A DNA stretch of 20,164 nt from Tubulanus polymorphus (taxonomy: Eukaryota; Animalia; Nemertea), in the NCBI RefSeq assembly GCF_964204645.1, contig NW_027437492.1:1-20164 (forward strand). Direction: 5' to 3'. Below, piece by piece: positions 9,864 through 19,465 of the stretch. Numbering within the stretch: position 1 is the first letter of the stretch; every line of letters begins with the position of its first letter. The position numbers and the translations under genes were made by a program. The notes beneath the pieces were generated by a model. The model ran no database searches. It was given only the letters and a program-made list of their open reading frames with translations, and was not told where the DNA came from.

Positions 9864-12235
9864 TTAGTGTTTGGCAAGGCATGAAGTAATATACTTAGAA
9901 AGAAGGGAATTATGCGGAGAAAAGCCATTATTTAAATTGGTACTAATATCTGAGTGACGAGTAATTAGGGCAGACTCAACTATGTGGCGTTTAGTGTAAT
10001 TGCTGGAAGTATAAATAATTTCGGCTTTATCAAAATTAAAACGATGACCAGTGTTCCAAACGTGATTGGCTACGCCACTAGCCGGTTTTTGATTTATTAT
10101 ATCCTTTTTGTGTTCCGAAATTCGAGTTTTTAAATCACGACCAGTTTCTCCAAAGTAAATTTTATCACAGCCAAAACAAGGAATTTTGTAAACGCCGCAG
10201 TCCAAAGGTTTAGATTGATTGTTTGTAACCAAAGTCTTACTAATTTTGTTTTCATACGTGAAAATGATTTGTTTATCCAATAAAGGGAGAGAGTGACGAA
10301 ACTTTTCCAAAACAGGTTCATACGGAACTACAATGAACTCTGAAATGTGTTTTTTATTTTCTGGAGGTTTAGAATTGAAGAAAGTACGTTTAGCCTTAGA
10401 AATAGCGATTTTCAAAATGTGATCAGGTAAGCCAATTTTCTAAGAGAGTCGGATATATGGTCAAATTCAGCCGAAAGGAAGGTTTCATCGCAGATCCGCA
10501 GTGCACGGAGAAAGAGGCCTTGAGTGAGACCGATTTTGATTGATTTGGCAGTAAACGAAAAGAAGTGAAGGTATGCCTCGGCGTTGATAGGTTTACGGTA
10601 GACTGAGAAAATCAAATGAGAAAATTTATTGTGAATTAGAACATCTAAAAAAGGAATTTGGTAATTTTGTTCCCATTCAAAAGTGAATTTCAAAGATGGA
10701 TATTGGGAGTTGATGAAGTCGATAAAAGAGGTAAGATCAAAATTATCAGAAACTAAGCTCAGAATATCATCAACATATCTAATCCAAAAGTTAGGTTTAG
10801 AGCCAGAGTACTTAGGGAGAATTTCGGATTCAAAGTGTTCAGGGAAAAGATTAGCCAAAATCGGGGATAATAGCGAAACCGAAAATTTGTTCATAGAATT
10901 TGTCTTGGAATTGGAAATATAAATTGGTAGTACAGAGTTCCAAAAGTTCAAGTAAACATTCTACAGGAATTGGGAGATCAAGATTGGAGTCCGGGAGTTT
11001 TCTTCTTAAGAAATTGAGAGTTGGTTCCAATGGTATATTAGTGAACAAGGAAACAGCGTCGAAAGATATAAATTTTTGTCCATTAGGTTTGAGATTTTTG
11101 AGTTTGTCTAAAAGATCCATATTGTGACAAATGTGAGAATCAGAAAAAGTACCCAAAGCCGGGGAGAGTACTTTAGCCAGATATTTGGAGAGCCGATATG
11201 ATGGAGAATTGATATTAGAAATGATCGGTCTTAACGGTGAATTGGGTTTATGAATTTTTGGAAGACCATAAGCATAAGGAAGATTTGGAAGCCGAGAGTT
11301 AAATTTGGAGATGAAGTCCGAATGGTCAGGAAATTTCTTAGAGATGTTTTTTAAACCTAAATTAAAAGCTGATTGCATCTTTTTCAAAGGGTTGTTTTTG
11401 ATGGATTTGTAGAAATTGGAATCACCGAGAATAGCAATCATTTTAGAATTGTAATTCATCAAATCTTGAATAACAATTTTGCCGCCTTTATCAGCCTTGG
11501 AGATGCGGATGGTTTTGATGGATTTAAGTTCCTGGAGAGCAATCGAAAATCTCCGAGGAAAGAACTGATTAGATTGACCTTGAAGGGTATTCCAAATGGT
11601 GTCCAAATTCATGAATATAAAATTTTATGGAAAACTAGCCGGAGGAGATCTTTCCATACGTTCAATGAAATCCAAAATGTGTTGTTTTCTATGCGGAGAG
11701 AGAAATTTAATCCTAAACCGAGAACTTGAATTTGTGTTTTGGTTAATTTAGCCGAAGATAGATTGACAACATTATCAGTAGCGCAAAATTTGGTCCAAGG
11801 GCTGTTGTCGATTAATTTATTCAGAATGGAAGAGAAATGCGAATTTTTCTTTAGACGATGTACTGCGCAAAGATTCTTGATGCCCGAATGGAGAGAGTGC
11901 CAAAGGAAACCATCAGGTATATGGTGTCTGAGAAAACGTTCTGCTTGTCGCATTTTATAGAAATTGGAGTTGGTAGTTTCTTTTGCTTCCAAAATGCAAT
12001 GTCTTAGATGAGATGCTGCTTCATTGGAAAATGGTTGATCTGATTTGAATTTATTCAACCAATTCAGAGATTTAGGAATAACCTGTGCTAGGAGACATTT
12101 TTGAAGAAATATGACGTTTTCTTTGGATTTGTGAGCTTTATAAGCAGCAGATTCGTATTTTCGAAAAGCAAAGATCAATTGAGGAAAGGTTATGAATAAG
12201 AATTTCAAAGCCAAATTAAAATCCGTGGGTAACAT
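9864..12235 (-). pseudogene. PLE polyprotein (N-terminal domain, reverse transcriptase, GIY-YIG endonuclease), disrupted; about 794 aa if repaired
   Basis: Motifs FLQKCLLAQVIPK, LGLGLNF, KADKGG, YGLPKIHKPNSPLRPIIS, SFDAVSLFTNIP, LSPILANLF, RYVDD (10766-10777) and GVY-YFG with CxxC...H...H. Lesions: frameshift near 11695, TAA at 11625-11627, about 11-bp deletion removing MGSP near 10872, frameshift near 10426. Confidence 0.95.
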
Positions 12236-12237
12236 AA

Positions 12238-12318
12238 TAGAACGATAACCACACTCAAACGTGGTGAACGGATAATAAGATAAAATCCCACTATTTACAG
12301 ATTAAAAGAATTAAAAAA
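12238..12318 (-). repeat. PLE 5' pseudo-LTR direct repeat
   Basis: Matches 9628-9708; ends 2 nt before the ATG at 12235. Confidence 0.9.
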
Positions 12319-12328
12319 AGATCATCAT

Positions 12329-12490
12329 GAACATTCATCCGGTATACGGGAACATTCATCCGGTATACAGGGACATGAATGACTTTGACAATATGTTCCA
12401 AAAAGCATCGAATATATATTGAATTGAGATAGGTTAAGTGGGCCTTTATGATGTATCAAAAATAACCATCACATTAGCTACGTTAGACTA
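12329..12490. repeat. Remainder of the PLE-interrupted host repeat (about 2 minisatellite units plus tail)
   Basis: gaacattcatccggtatac twice, then agggacatgaatgactttgacaatatgttcc...ttagctacgtt, matching 13290-13420. Confidence 0.85.
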
Positions 12491-12829
12491 GATATATACA
12501 TGTAGTGGAATATGGGAACACCGGTATACAAGTACATGATATGTTCCCATAACCCATCACGTTCACTATATGCCATTATGTCAGAAAGATCCAAACCGGA
12601 TTAATTCAATCGTATTCCCGAGAAAGCATATACTGCTAAGTTAACTAAATAGAATAGACGAAACATTCCCTTATCATACCGCATAGAGTGACAAGTCCGA
12701 AACAATGTACGTCTATTCCATGTAACTATTCAACAAACGATGATGATATTTACACCGCAAAACAATCATTTTTACTTTTTGATTAATATAATTCGTTTTT
12801 AATCTTTTTTTCAATCTTGTATGCAGCAG

Positions 12830-13425
12830 GTTTTTAACTTATCTATTCTCCACGTCAGAGTGAACGGGCTATTCTTTGATGCTTTAAACCTTGGACTCTA
12901 AAATGATTAAGAATCCATGTTGAAACCTAACATGTATTAACCTTGCAATAAGAATGACATAGTATTTGAATAGCCAAACTCAAACGTGACGAGTAGAAAA
13001 TATGAAGATCACCTGGCAATGATTCCTAGTGAGCGATAGAAATGTCGAGTCCTCGGATTTTAGTATTTGTTCCAACTGGGCGTAGTTAGGCATACTTAGT
13101 TATATACAAGTTTTGGCTCGTGGGATCTCCGGTATATGGGAATATTCATCCGGTATACAGGAACATTCATCCGGTATACGGTAACATTCATCCGGTATAC
13201 AGGAAAATTCATCCAGGATACAGGAACATTCATCCGGTATACAGGAATATTCATCCAGTATACAGGAACATTCATCCGGTATACAGGAACATTCATCCAG
13301 TATACAGGGACATGAATGGCTTTGACAATATGTTCCAATAAACAATCGAATATATTGAATTGAGATACTTTTAAATAGGCCTTTGTGATGTATAAAAAAA
13401 CCATAAACTTAGCTACGTTGGACAA
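12830..13425. repeat. Uninterrupted paralog of the minisatellite-bearing host repeat
   Basis: Aligns successively with 8685-8803, 9350-9627 and 12329-12490, without the MITE and without the PLE. Boundaries approximate. Confidence 0.8.
13131..13310. repeat. 21-bp minisatellite, about 8.5 units
   Basis: ggtatacaggaacattcatcc repeated with exact 21-bp period from 13131. Confidence 0.95.
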
Positions 13426-15345
13426 GTATGCTTTTGCAGCTATATTAATCGACTATTATTATTTTATGGTCTTCATGTATTTACACATCTCATTCATGAT
13501 TTTTTTTATTATTGTGGTACAGGTACTGTAATTAACCTAGTCACTTGCAAATTAATAATTCTCAATTAATATTACTCTGCCTACAGGGACCGTTGTTTCT
13601 TTGACTGTACTAATGCACCTGATGAAGTAGCGAAAGGTCGTACATGTACTTCAAATAGATCTTAACCTTCAGTAGTACTGAAATGTATTTTGTCTTGGGA
13701 TTAAATAATTAAACACCAGGTTAGGACGGCTCCTCCACAAGTCTTCACGAATATTGGGCATAAGATATGTCAACAGTGGTCTTAGTTGCATCATGGACTC
13801 AATAGTTGCATCATCTGGTCAGTTAATATCATCCTCGCTTGCCAGGGGTCCGGTATCGCTCCCACCAGCACCCTGGCTTTACGACGCGCGATTTCATTAC
13901 TGGCGCTTTTGCGCATGATGTCATATATCAGATACGCGACAATACTTCCGCGTTCGCTACGTGTTCTCTGATTGGTCCTTTTTACCAGGAAATTCCATAG
14001 AAGCCTAATGTCGTTTGTCACAAGCGCTATGATTGGCCCGACCTGATTCTTGTCAGCTAGTAAGGACTCCAAAGACTTGTGAGGTCAAGGGGTTCGGGAA
14101 CGGCTTCAGCTAAATGGGTTCAAATCCCTTGACGGGTGAAGATGGTTAATGTGGATACAATCTCGAACTGGTGGGATCGGCGGACAATTTTTTGTTATGC
14201 CAATATGTAGACTCATTACACAATGCAGTTATGAAACTGAACTACCAATTCTAGAAAATCTTTGAAGAGTTGGGCATTACAGTATGTGAATCTTGAGAAG
14301 TCAAGGCGGCTTCTCTGCCATCTTGGTTGAAAAAACCACAAGCTATGACTAAAATGTGAGTTTCTTCATGTAATCTGTTGCTACAAAATTGGTCAATGAT
14401 TTGCGTTTAGAAAAACCAATATGGCCACCAGTACTGGCTTCACATAGAATAAAGGCAAGTTCATTTGTAATGATAAACTTCCCCATTGCATTTTTCAAAC
14501 TAATTGTTTATTCCATTCATCAGTGCATTTGAAAATCGGTTGCAATTGAGAGTTATCAGAATAAGAGGGCCTGGCTCCGAAATCAAAGCATATTTGCATC
14601 ATTTGGATTTGAATAGACTTGGTCCAAAGTTGTTCTGAAATCTGACTCCTAGAGAAGAGAAAAGCGTTATTTTCCCTAAACAAAAAGAAAAACTATGTTT
14701 AAATATTTTGAGAATGAATTATATTTTCATGAATCCTCAGCAGCAATTCAAACTTTAAACTAGGGTTCTGGAGCATGTACAAGTACATGCACAAAGCAGT
14801 TAAACAAGAATTCTTATACAATCTAAAAATGCACTGCTATTAAAGACATAGATTGAGTAAACCAATATTTCAAGTAGAATATCATAAAAGCTAGTTCTAA
14901 TTATCACTGTACAAATGTGGAGTGACGACATAAGTCAATCCAAGATATTTTGCTGTGACGTGCTAAAAGAAACTACGACAAACTTCTCATGAGTTCGTAA
15001 AGCAAACTGTGTCATTTTCCACAAGATAGTAAGTAAATCAGTTACCACAACATCATCAGCAAAATAAGATAATAAATATCTAGGACAAAACAATTTTCAC
15101 CAGATACATTTTTCGTTATTACAAAATTAATCTTCCCACCTATGTACCTTGTTGTTTTGTGGCTCCATGGTAGGGTTTCAGGTAAATTCAAGATATAAAG
15201 TTTGATGAAAATAACTACATGTACATACAATTACAAGCAAATACAACCAATTCCTCAAATTGCACTTAGTTATTTCAAACCATCTTCAGTTATTTCATCT
15301 GTGATATATAATATATATATATGTATAATACATGTACTAACATGT

Positions 15346-15348
<3 letters not shown>

Positions 15349-15387
<39 letters not shown>
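15349..15387. repeat. (TA)n microsatellite
   Basis: Perfect TA run, with a shorter imperfect run at about 15304-15322. Confidence 0.97.
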
Positions 15388-15390
<3 letters not shown>

Positions 15391-15612
15391 CTGATTACTT
15401 TTTAAAGAGCTAAGAGATCGTGTTGTCTTACATCGTTACATGAAATGTTACACCTGGGGACTGGGAATCGGAATGGATTTACTGTAGACGTGGACTAAGT
15501 TTTAGTCCCAAGTGGGCTAAAAACTGACATCGTTATAATGAGGTTAACAGTTTTTCACTTAAAAGTTAAAAGTTTCTACATATATTTATCAATTACTGGT
15601 AACTCATTTCAT

Positions 15613-15936
15613 TTAAATGATGTACTGCAGCTTGGATTTTATTTGTTGTTTCTTTCGACACCTTTGGTGTGGATACTGTTGGAAGAACTTTTCAAAATCT
15701 CGACATTTAGGGTAAGAATTCTGACTTATCTCTTCCTTAAAAAATTCCATCAATTCATCTGTCTCCTTTACAGACCATTTCATCCTCTTTGCTGTTACTG
15801 TGTGGTCTAAAATATTGTCATCATCAACATCATTACTCTCATCAGTTTCATTACTGCATCCATTCCACTCCTCACCAGATGTATTCTCTTCCTCATCGAC
15901 TGGAACTTTCGTTGTTTTCTTTGCTCGAAGAACCAT
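15613..15936 (-). pseudogene. ORF fragment: acidic linker plus C-terminal Myb/SANT-like helical domain, possibly the tail of a Crypton-type transposon protein
   Basis: DEEE...DDD tract, then KRMKWSVKETDELMEFFKEEISQNSYPKCRDFEKFFQQYPHQRCRKKQQIKSKLQY (WSxxE..L..F...R...IK pattern). Family assignment from memory only. Confidence 0.45.
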
Positions 15937-15986
15937 TTTATCTTAAGCGATATTGTAAGGATTAAGAGAAGTGACAGTGAAATTAT

Positions 15987-16057
15987 GCGCACTCACCGGG
16001 AATGAACCTTGGTCTCGTACGTAGAAAGCAAGAGTGCTAACCAGTAGACCAAAAGAA
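15987..16057 (-). other. tRNA-derived sequence (SINE head or tRNA pseudogene)
   Basis: Minus strand ttcttttggtctactggttagcactcttgctttctacgtacgagaccaaggttcattcccggtgagtgcgc: A-box TGGTCTACTGG and B-box-like GGTTCATTCCC at tRNA spacing. Acceptor and T stems do not pair well. Confidence 0.6.
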
Positions 16058-16178
16058 CTAGTCCACTAGGCCAGTGGTTATACAGCTTGTCCTACATGCG
16101 TAACAATATCATTATAAAAAACTGAATAAGATGTAAGAGATGAATAGTGTAGCCCTATGATAGGTTATTACATATTAA

Positions 16179-16555
16179 CCCATTAGCACTCAGGAATTTC
16201 ACTATGTAGCGTCTATTACTCCACAGAAAATTCAAGGGAATTATTGTTATTTTATAGTGAAGAGTCAATGCTTTCATATGATATAATGTTTGATGAGTTG
16301 GGCCTAAAAAATTGTGACCTTTTGCAAAACTCATCCACACTTGTTTGGATATAAGTGAGCGCTCAGATCTGTCATGTTCATACCCCAAATACTTGATAAT
16401 TTCAAATAGGAAGATGTTGAATTCTGTTCAGAAATCTTAATTCTTAGGTGTCTAGTTTATCCCAAGCTATTGGGTTCCAATCCCATTATAACCATTTTTG
16501 TGTAGCAGACGAAAAAAAAGTAAGGGCGGATTCGGGCGGCTTGAGGAGTAATAGG
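16179..16555. mobile_element. Possible degenerate piggyBac-type MITE
   Basis: TTAA at 16175-16178 and 16556-16559; termini cccattagcactcagg vs reverse complement cctattactcctcaag (11/16 match). Confidence 0.4.
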
Positions 16556-17614
16556 TTAAGAATTGCATTTAAGATAGTTTAGAAAAATGGGGCATAAAAA
16601 CTTAATCTATTGTTGCATTTAAGAAGACCACAGGCATCTTCAGCTCCGATCTAATGATCAATACAAAATACAAAATAAGAAATAGAGACATACAAAACTA
16701 AGGAATGTCCACATTTGGCAGAAAATTAATACCTTGTTCTTCATTTCTGCTGAGCCTAAAAACTGATCCGGCTGGCCCTGTACTTTTTTTTAAAATCATG
16801 ATACAGCTCACAATAACTGACCCGGCACAAATTTTATTGCAGTTTACTTAAGTGGGTTGGCTCATTAGGGAAACAAGGTATCATTTTTTAGCCTTAGGAT
16901 TGATTTAACGGACCTCTCGAATCTATAAAAATTCATTTAGATTTGTCAATTGATTTTAAACAGTTCACACAATGAATTAAATATCTTGTTGAACAACTGT
17001 TTCGTGTTGGGTTTCATTTTCTTGCTAAGTATAACTCTCTGCTTTGTTTTTTTCTGTCTTTTGTTACCATGTGAACTATCTAGAAATCAGTAATTGTCAT
17101 ATGAAAATAACTTGCCGCTGGAAACGTGGTTTTACCCATCAGGGTACAGAAAAGTATATGCATATTTACTAAGTCAGTATCCAGTCTGTTCATGTGTATT
17201 AAGATTATCAATTGTCAGTGAATGGCAACAGCTGTCACTTCTCAATGTTCCCTCCCACCACAAAATATTGAGCTAGGGACACCATGCCCACTTAGTGAAA
17301 TGCTGGACAACATGACAATTCCAATATCTAACGGACCCCTCCACCATACCCCCCACCCCGGTACACATTTACAGACCTCAATGTACTAGGTACCAATACG
17401 TATGGAAATGCCATTATTTTGTAGTTCACCGCCCCTTGGTGAACATATGAATAAAGGCCCACGGTCCAGTACCCTAGTGTAGTATCAACTGAGTAAGTTT
17501 TACTTTGGAGCATGAAAATCGATTTAGTTTTTATGATATACATGGTAATGGTTTTTCCCCATAAATCACTAGCACATGGTTGAACAACCAATACTATGTT
17601 CTATATTTATGCTC

Positions 17615-17697
17615 TTGATAATGACGTCACTGGGAAAGCTCTTCAGCATCCATTGAACTTGCATGCTGAAGGGCTTTCCCAGTAATGTCATTTTCAA
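17615..17697. repeat. Inverted repeat / hairpin, 35-bp arms and 13-nt loop
   Basis: ttgataatgacgtcactgggaaagctcttcagcat / atgctgaagggctttcccagtaatgtcattttcaa. Confidence 0.9.
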
Positions 17698-18199
17698 AAA
17701 AAAAGGTCAACCATTACTTCCAAACAACTTAGAGCTGATGGACGAAACTTTCCATATTACATCCAACACCTATTTCTTTTCTAATAAAATATCAGCTGTG
17801 TTATATCCAGTGGTTACAATTTGTGCCACCAAGAGGTAACAGAAAGTTACTCTCAGAACCATTAACATAAGGATCAAACCAGTTGATCAGAAAAACCAAT
17901 CATTATAGAATATGTCATAAGCTACACAAATTTTTAAAAGCCAATTGACTGTTTATAAAATATGCAAAGGTACAAATATAAATGGAAAATTGAATATGAT
18001 TCAATTTTAATTCCCCCTAGCGGGGATAACAAAAGTCCGGAAAGCCCCAATTCCATGTGAAAAGATGTCTGCAATGATGATGCTGACAATGATCAAATAT
18101 CAAGACTAAAAGTTAAAATCAGTGGAAATTTTCATCAAAGAAACCTTTTACACACGATACACACGAGACTATGACGATACACGTCATAGTCTGTTTGTT

Positions 18200-19465
18200 T
18201 ATCATTTACCATGGGATTCATTGTCCCATTAGTCTCCATATCCCAAAATTTCATGACATCAGTTCGGTTGAAGATAACATTAAAGTTTGCGATGTTGCAA
18301 CAGTGGGCGTGGATTCCTGATGGTCCACATAGAAGATATCCCAGTTTGGAATTCACGGTTATCTCCGACAATGGCCCAGTAAAAGTCTGCTCCGATGAGC
18401 ATATATATTTCGTACAATTCTCCTGAAACATGTGGGGCAAGATTTAGTTGTTTTGAGTATGGGTATCTGTTGACAGCTACTGGAACAAAGTTCTGCATTG
18501 GTGTGGAAATCTTAGGGAAACTAATGCTGACGTCTCCGTGTAGAGTTTCCAGCTTGATGTCTGCTATGTCAATCAGTCGAGTTCCTGTGGATTTCCCGCC
18601 AAATCCTGTAATGTTTATTCGCTCACGACAACACGTGTTCAGATGGATATTAAGGCGGTTCGCGGTGCGAGTCGTTATGAATGACCTCTGGGCACCCTTG
18701 TCAAATAGAATGTTTACAGATGTTCATGTCTTATCACTTGAGATGATACCAACAGCTGTTTTCAGTAGAACCGGTTTGTTACTAATCGGCATGAACTTAC
18801 TTTTTATTTCCACTTCCGGCAATCCTTCATTATGAGTTTCCACGATCTAAGCCTAGTTTTCAAACATAATGCGGTATGGTGTTTATCCTTACAGCCACGA
18901 CATGTGTATTCCGAATTACATTGTGTTGAGCGATGATTCGGTGAGAGACAGTTATAACAAAGTTTATTGCGCTTTACTATGTCCCCCATCGTTTCGTGTT
19001 GCTCTCCACAATTTCACATTTGATCGAAGTGTGCGGCCCTTTACAGAAGGCGCATCTCTGTGGTTGGCGACTCTGTGGAGCACATAATTCTCATGTTCGA
19101 TGATCACGTGGTTTCTGTTTATTTCTACTTCCCTGATGGAACGCTGATGTAGTCAATCTCGCAACCAAAGTCTACGCTTAGTTCGCCTGCTGCAATTCGA
19201 ATGGCAATTTCCTGTTCGATTGCTAATTTATGTTCACTCAGCGACCAGGCGTTATCTCCGTGTCCTCTGGATATTTTCGCGCGAATTTCTGTCAGTAGTT
19301 TGTCGAACTCCTTATGAGTCTTCTGTTTTGCCCAATGTCTTGAGGCCACGAACACAGGTTTCTATCGTGTCGTAGAACTGTTTGAGACTTGATAGATTAT
19401 TCTCCAGTTTCTCCAGCTCCCATAATTTCCTCATATACTCTGATATTATAATGAGAGAAATTCCA
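18200..19465 (-). mobile_element. BEL/Pao LTR retrotransposon remnant (gag with three zinc knuckles plus aspartic protease), decayed
   Basis: EYMRKLWELEKLENNLSSLKQFYDTIETCVRGLKTLG (DUF1759-like gag); knuckles CAFCKGPHTSIKC, CYNCLSPNHRSTQC, CRGCKDKHHTALC; VLLKTA...NILFDKGAQRSFIT; LIGADFYW; SKLGYLLCGP; KFWDME. Several stops and frameshifts; no LTR or RT seen. Confidence 0.9.

Larger units (their letters stand above)
1..11055. repeat. Tandem array of a 4,495-bp unit (partial 1-2065; complete 2066-6560 and 6561-11055)
   Basis: Position 1 (ccgaagtataatt) recurs at 4495 and 8990 and the ORF track repeats with the same period. Identity ends after aacaaggaaaca at 2065/6560/11055. Only three differences noticed by eye: A570 vs C5064/C9559, a 1-nt shorter T run near 1361, and T10318 vs A in the other copies. 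Confidence 0.97.
9628..12318 (-). mobile_element. Full-length Penelope-like retroelement (GIY-YIG type) with direct pseudo-LTRs
   Basis: Single RT+EN coding region bracketed by an 81-bp direct repeat (9628-9708 / 12238-12318); hammerhead in the 3' UTR; both flanks are the same 21-bp minisatellite. Confidence 0.95.

Noticed and set aside
10683-11960. Plus-strand ORFs antisense to the RT (also 1693-1932, 6188-6427, and 18395-18835 over BEL)
   Set aside because: Shadow ORFs of transposon coding sequence with no recognisable motifs.
9864-12235. Multi-gene RT-nuclease operon (retron-like) or programmed frameshifting, suggested by 4-nt ORF overlaps
   Set aside because: The pieces rejoin into one canonical PLE ORF; the breaks destroy conserved motifs (MGSP) and include a nonsense codon.
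13131-13310. CRISPR-like array next to a reverse transcriptase
   Set aside because: Units are contiguous with no unique spacers, there are no cas genes, and the context is eukaryotic.
13096-13425. Three overlapping heptapeptide-repeat ORFs (YRMNVPV, DECSCIP, YRNIHPV)
   Set aside because: They arise in several frames on both strands from the same minisatellite; no evidence of coding.
15202-15405. 67-aa ORF with a YIYIYI tract
   Set aside because: Translation of the (TA)n microsatellite.
15987-16057. Functional tRNA gene
   Set aside because: Acceptor and T stems are unpaired, the B box lacks a base and the anticodon is ambiguous.
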